From assembly GCA_021828685.1 (NCBI GenBank), contig JAJZDJ010000001.1, forward strand, positions 6,191-70,190: a stretch of DNA of 64,000 bases, written 5' to 3'. Shown in pieces: positions 60,331 to 64,000 of this stretch. A program made the translations under genes and the position numbers. Numbering within the stretch: the stretch's first letter is position 1; each line of letters opens with the position of its first letter. This DNA comes from Actinomycetes bacterium (GTDB taxonomy: Bacteria; Actinomycetota; Acidimicrobiia; Acidimicrobiales; Palsa-688). Below the pieces are notes generated by a model, which saw only the letters and a program-made list of their open reading frames with translations, had not been told where the DNA came from and ran no database searches.

Positions 60331-61670
60331 CCCCCGAGACTAAGACTCCTGGGGAGATTGCGACCACGCGCCGTCCGCAGCAGCTCCATATCCCACCACG
60401 GAGTCAAGCTGACCCGCTCCGCAGGGCGTGAACCGCAGATAAGCAAGGCGGTGCCCCGCGGCTGCTGGCTGACGGCGTCGAGGGGAAGGCGACGTTGACG
60501 TTGGCTTGACCAGGTCACGCTTGGGGCGCCCCTCGAAGGCGACCAGATCGGGTTGCGGGTGACGCTCATCGACGGGACGTCGATCTCGCCGCCTAAGCGC
60601 GACACCAGGTCCAGGGTGGCCATGTCGGCGATCCCGGGCAGCACGACCTTCGCGCCGAACAACGACAGCAGCCCGGCCGCCGCATCCCCCCAGCGTTGGC
60701 GGGCCTGTGAAAGATCCTGCAGGCAGGCGAACGTCACGACTCCCTGGCTTCCTCCCTCGCTCAAAAGCGCAGGCAGGTCCGGGATCGGCGCGATGTTCGC
60801 CAGCTCGTCCAACACCATCGTGAGTGGAGGTTTGCCGGGCCGCCACGACGAGTAGCTTCCGGCTCGCACTTGGTCCAATAGCGCTACTACCACCGGGGCG
60901 ACGAGGTCCTGGTGGCGGGCAGGGGCGCACACGTAGACGGTGTCGCTTGTTCCGGCCAACTCGAAGGGGTCGAAGTTGACCGGACTGGATCGGTCCAGGA
61001 CCTGCTCGGAGCGGTAAGCGGCGAGGATGCCGGCCGCCGACGACCAGATTCCCGACATTTCTCGGGGGTCGGTCGAGCGCAGCCCGTGAAGGACGTCGCT
61101 GCCGAGGCGTATCCCGTTCAGAGCGAGGACCGAGGACGGCTCTTCCAGGTCTTGGCGTAGAACCCAGCTGAGCACCGTCTCGATCCCCGACGCGCGCAGG
61201 AACGAGGCGTGCAGCAGCGGAGCCAGAAGTGCCTCGGCGCGCTCGGTCCAGTGGTTGGACTCGCCGCTTCGCCCGGAGGGCCGGGCCGCGCCCGACATGC
61301 AACGGGCTATCGACAGCGACTCGTCCCAGGTTCGAGCTGAAGCGACCGGTGACCAACGAACCAGTTCCAGCCCGGGAAGAGTCCCAAGCGCTCCCGTCGG
61401 ATCGAACAGCCAGCACTTGCCTAGCCGCGAACGCTCTGCGACCGTGGCGGCCAGCACATCGGGCTTCGTGCTCGTAACGACGACAGGGCCCGGTGCGAAC
61501 AGCACATTCGGAATCGCCAGAGACGACGTCTTTCCGGACCGGGGCGGCCCGAGGACTAGAGCTGATTGCTGGGCGTCGGCAAGGGCGAGGCCACCGGAGA
61601 CGGTTCCTACGAAGAGGCGCCCACCGGCGGCCGAGGAATCCTCGCGGAGAAATTCGAGCTGGTCGGGCAC
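60327..61670 (-). CDS. Soluble VirD4/TraG/TraD-like (type IV coupling protein family) P-loop NTPase
   Basis: Walker A GPPRSGKTS, HWTERAEALL, Walker B LTMVLDELANI and the TraG-D_C-like block VVTFACLQDLSQARQRWG. There is no N-terminal TM segment. Confidence 0.68.
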   Translation of the reverse strand: MPDQLEFLREDSSAAGGRLFVGTVSGGLALADAQQSALVLGPPRSGKTSSLAIPNVLFAPGPVVVTSTKPDVLAATVAERSRLGKCWLFDPTGALGTLPGLELVRWSPVASARTWDESLSIARCMSGAARPSGRSGESNHWTERAEALLAPLLHASFLRASGIETVLSWVLRQDLEEPSSVLALNGIRLGSDVLHGLRSTDPREMSGIWSSAAGILAAYRSEQVLDRSSPVNFDPFELAGTSDTVYVCAPARHQDLVAPVVVALLDQVRAGSYSSWRPGKPPLTMVLDELANIAPIPDLPALLSEGGSQGVVTFACLQDLSQARQRWGDAAAGLLSLFGAKVVLPGIADMATLDLVSRLGGEIDVPSMSVTRNPIWSPSRGAPSVTWSSQRQRRLPLDAVSQQPRGTALLICGSRPAERVSLTPWWDMELLRTARGRNLPRSLSLGG

Positions 61671-61702
61671 GCGTCGGGGGCTCGCCGGGTGATGCGCCGC
61701 AG

Positions 61703-62185
61703 TTAGCGGGCGGCGACGGTCAAAGCTTCAATCTGGCTCAGAAGCTTGCCCATGACCTCGTCTTGAGCCTCGAGGTGCTTTTGGATTGCAAGTGCCTCGT
61801 GCAGGACTGCGTCGGCGTCGTTGTACGTGTCCTCCGCCCGCTTGTCGGCCGCCTTGGCCTGGATGTTCTGGCCGACGATGATCACAGGCAGCAGGACGAG
61901 CTGCAAGAACGTCTGTGCGATCCAGGCGATGATTATCAGCGCGTTCGCCGAGGCGAACGCTGACGGTGCGCTCACCAAAGCTATGGCGGTGAAGATGTAG
62001 GCGCACCACATGGTGCCGACCGCCATCGTGATGCCTAGGCCCACCCGGGAATTCACACGGACCATCAGCTTTGGATGGTTGAGCGGCACCTGGTCGATGG
62101 TCTTCGAGGGCCCGGCAGCGTTGCGTGTTGCGATGTGGGGATGCGGGATGTGCTCGTAAATGGCGGACATGACAGAGTTTGCCAT
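61703..62185 (-). CDS. DUF1003-like two-TM membrane protein with C-terminal coiled coil
   Basis: Two TMs are followed by VGQNIQAKAADKRAEDTY...LEAQDEVMGKLL, an architecture like DUF1003 (MSQNRQ...DR...DY). It is assigned by pattern only. Confidence 0.5.
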   Translation of the reverse strand: MANSVMSAIYEHIPHPHIATRNAAGPSKTIDQVPLNHPKLMVRVNSRVGLGITMAVGTMWCAYIFTAIALVSAPSAFASANALIIIAWIAQTFLQLVLLPVIIVGQNIQAKAADKRAEDTYNDADAVLHEALAIQKHLEAQDEVMGKLLSQIEALTVAAR

Positions 62186-62308
62186 GTCGGACTTCCAATT
62201 GGTAGTGGTTTCGACCCCGAAGTGCCGGATCGCTCACGCTGAAGATGCTGCTCCAACTTCGCTGACGATCGTGCCCCATCCACGCTGGAACGCCCGTAGT
62301 GTGTAGCG

Positions 62309-63217
62309 ATGCAGCGCTGCTTGATGACCATACACGCCCATCCCGACGACGAAGCCTCTAAGGGGGCGGGCACCGTCGCCATCTACCACGATGCGTCCGT
62401 GCGAACCGTTCTCGTCACCTGCACCGGCGGCGAGGAGGGCGACATTCTCAACCCGGCGATGGACCGCGACGACGTCAAGGCGAACCTCGCAGCCGTCCGT
62501 CGAGGCGAACTTCAGGCCGCTGCGGAGATAATCGGATACGACGAGGTTGTGATGCTCGGCTACCGGGACTCGGGCATGGCGGACTCGCCCGCCAACTCTG
62601 ACCCCCGAAGCTTTGCCGCAGCTCCCCTCGACGAGGCGGTAGGACGCCTCGTCGAAGTGATAAGGCGCGAGCGCCCGCAGGTCATCGTGACTTACCAGAA
62701 GGACCAGAGTTGGTACCCGCATCCTGACCACTTGAAGGTCAACGAGATCAGCGAGATCGCATTCGACGCTGCCGCAGACCCTGACCTTTATCCGCAGGCC
62801 GGAGAGCCGTGGCAGGCGGCGCGCCTCTGCTACGTCCGCTGGTCGGTCAAGAGGATGCGGGCGACGCATGAGAAGTTTCTCGAGCTGGGGATGGAATCCC
62901 CTTTCACGGACGAGAGGATGGCCCGCGTCCTTGCTTCGGAAGAGCGTGATCAGGCGGCCGACTCGAACAGACTGCCTATCGTGATAGTTGACGTGTCCGC
63001 GAGGTCGAACGTGACGCGCGAGGCGCTTCTCGCCCACGCAACGCAGGTGGACCCGACCTCACCTTTCTGGTTCGGACTGCCGCCCGAGGTTTCAGACGCC
63101 CTCTACCCCTTCGAGGAGTACGAGGTCGCCCGGGATGTCACCGGCATCGACCCGAGCGGCGATGACCTCTTCGCAGGGGCCGACGCCGCTTTCGCCGGCG
63201 GGCGGAGTCATGGCTGA
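62309..63217 (+). CDS. mca: Mycothiol S-conjugate amidase (Mca; MshB/PIG-L superfamily)
   Basis: LMTIHAHPDDEASKGAGT, TGGEEGDILNPAM, GYRDSGM and YPHPDH blocks are colinear with mycobacterial Mca. Discriminating it from MshB needs a tree. Confidence 0.8.
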   Translation: MQRCLMTIHAHPDDEASKGAGTVAIYHDASVRTVLVTCTGGEEGDILNPAMDRDDVKANLAAVRRGELQAAAEIIGYDEVVMLGYRDSGMADSPANSDPRSFAAAPLDEAVGRLVEVIRRERPQVIVTYQKDQSWYPHPDHLKVNEISEIAFDAAADPDLYPQAGEPWQAARLCYVRWSVKRMRATHEKFLELGMESPFTDERMARVLASEERDQAADSNRLPIVIVDVSARSNVTREALLAHATQVDPTSPFWFGLPPEVSDALYPFEEYEVARDVTGIDPSGDDLFAGADAAFAGGRSHG

Positions 63218-63680
63218 CTCCGGTCCAGGTGTCCCCGATGCCCCCTCGGCGTCGAGCAGCTGGGCGTCGAGCAGCTGGGCGTCGAGCAGCTGGGCGTCGA
63301 GCAGCTGGGCGTCGGAGGCTGCCGAGCAGTACCGCTTGCTTCCCGACGCCGGCGAGGTCAACGGAACAGTAAATTTTTCCGTGGTCGTCGCCCCTCGAAG
63401 GGAAGTGTCGTTTCACTGGAGCTACGAAGCCGGCAAACCAGTCGGCGGGGGCGCAGGGTTGCATCCCGAAGCGCAACTGTCGCTCCGCGCAGACGCACAC
63501 GACGCGGGTGAGATCCTGGCGAAACAGGTCCGCCCCGAGGTCGCGTTCATGCGCGGCCGGTTGAAGGCGACGGGGCAAGGTGACCTTCTATTGGCGTTCC
63601 TACGCTCGACGACTGAACGGCGCTTCGATGAGTGGCGTGAGACGGTCGGTTCCTTGGCACAGCTCGACCTGACCGCTTGA
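63210..63680 (+). CDS. SCP2 (sterol-carrier-like) domain protein with an N-terminal SSSWA x4 repeat
   Basis: The C-terminus AFMRGRLKATGQGDLLLAFL is typical of SCP2. The ATG at 63210, with a GGCGGAG ribosome-binding site, overlaps the mca stop by 8 nt. Confidence 0.62.
   Translation: MADSGPGVPDAPSASSSWASSSWASSSWASSSWASEAAEQYRLLPDAGEVNGTVNFSVVVAPRREVSFHWSYEAGKPVGGGAGLHPEAQLSLRADAHDAGEILAKQVRPEVAFMRGRLKATGQGDLLLAFLRSTTERRFDEWRETVGSLAQLDLTA
63249..63315. repeat. In-frame 15-bp x4 (plus 7 bp) perfect tandem repeat GCGTCGAGCAGCTGG
   Basis: Read directly. The four identical units at 63249-63308 encode (A)SSSW repeats in the SCP2 gene. Confidence 0.95.
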
Positions 63681-63739
63681 CGTCCGACGCCGGCAGCGGG
63701 CGACATCCGCAGGTGGGCTCGGCGCCGGAGAACTTGCGA

Positions 63740-64000
63740 ATGTCTCGTTCGATGACAGAGTTGAGCGACGCGGCGCTGGTCGTGACCATCGGTAGGTGGC
63801 ACGACGACGCCCTGGCAGAGGTTTACCGCCGGCACGGCGGCGCAGTCTTCGCTCTCGCTAGACGAGTTCTGGGTGACCCGGCGCGCGCCGAGGAGGTGGT
63901 CCAGGAGGTGTTCGTCCGGCTCTGGAACCAGCCCGAGCGCTTCGACCCCGAGCGTGGCACCTTGCGGTCGTTCCTTCTCGCCCAGACCCACGGCCGCTCC
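63740..64000 (+). CDS. ECF (group 4) sigma-70 factor, 3' end beyond the window
   Basis: My manual translation is MSRSMTELSDAALVV...AEVYRRHGGAVFALARRVLGDPARAEEVVQEVFVRLWNQPERFDPERGTLRSFL, which is sigma region 2. The frame stays open to base 64000 and is not in the ORF track because no stop is reached. Confidence 0.75.
   Translation, partial: MSRSMTELSDAALVVTIGRWHDDALAEVYRRHGGAVFALARRVLGDPARAEEVVQEVFVRLWNQPERFDPERGTLRSFLLAQTHGRS

Noticed and set aside
1-64000. Search by eye for tRNA, rRNA, CRISPR arrays, transposases, integrases, phage genes and toxin-antitoxin pairs
   Set aside because: I saw no T-loop or acceptor-type tRNA signatures, no spaced direct-repeat arrays, no DDE, tyrosine or serine recombinase motifs and no phage structural genes. 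A tRNAscan, Infernal or ISfinder run could still reveal elements that I cannot detect manually.

Overview
This is a high-GC window of roughly 65% GC by eye, densely coding, and it reads as core chromosome of an actinobacterium. The lineage markers are a WhiB regulator, the mycothiol amidase Mca, a PdtaS-type kinase, HupB with an Ala/Lys tail, an LprG-MFS pair, the imuA'-imuB/dnaE2 SOS mutasome with TCGAAC-N4-GTTCGA LexA boxes, and a 6C-type sRNA. I found no rRNA, tRNA, CRISPR array, transposase or integrase. All product calls come from motif and architecture recognition on the supplied translations, because no database search was possible. Main blocks in order: peroxiredoxin; thioesterase-TetR; a GT4 glycosyltransferase; ccdA plus a complete, translationally coupled System I cytochrome c maturation operon (ccmABCDEFGH); cysteine desulfurase and Mrp; an MsrPQ-like pair; dGTPase and UDG; a conserved phosphomutase/DUF3090/SCO1664 triad; etfBA; an anti-sigma/sigma pair; a DAG-kinase-like gene; whiB; pdtaS; two ArsA-like ATPases plus DUF3107; MFS-lprG; a GH63/GT28/CE4/ZnuA-like operon; hupB; cofC plus a PIG-L gene; rnhB; a giant Asp-box repeat protein; MarR; 6C RNA; malic enzyme; the SOS mutasome split by two opposite-strand genes; a NuoF-like gene plus a fused ECF transporter; a DUF1003-like/VirD4-like/EamA operon; mca plus an SCP2 gene; and a partial ECF sigma factor. 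The items most worth follow-up are listed here. (1) A soluble orphan VirD4/TraG-like ATPase is translationally coupled to an EamA transporter. (2) A ZnuA-like binding protein has all three canonical His ligands substituted, lacks ABC partners, and sits in a glycosyl-modification operon. (3) A 6C sRNA locus has its own promoter and upstream 22-bp-phased direct repeats. (4) A System I Ccm operon occurs in an actinobacterial context. (5) Several in-frame minisatellites lie inside imuA', imuB and an SCP2 gene, and a 7-bp x7 microsatellite and AT-rich palindromes lie in orphan spacers.
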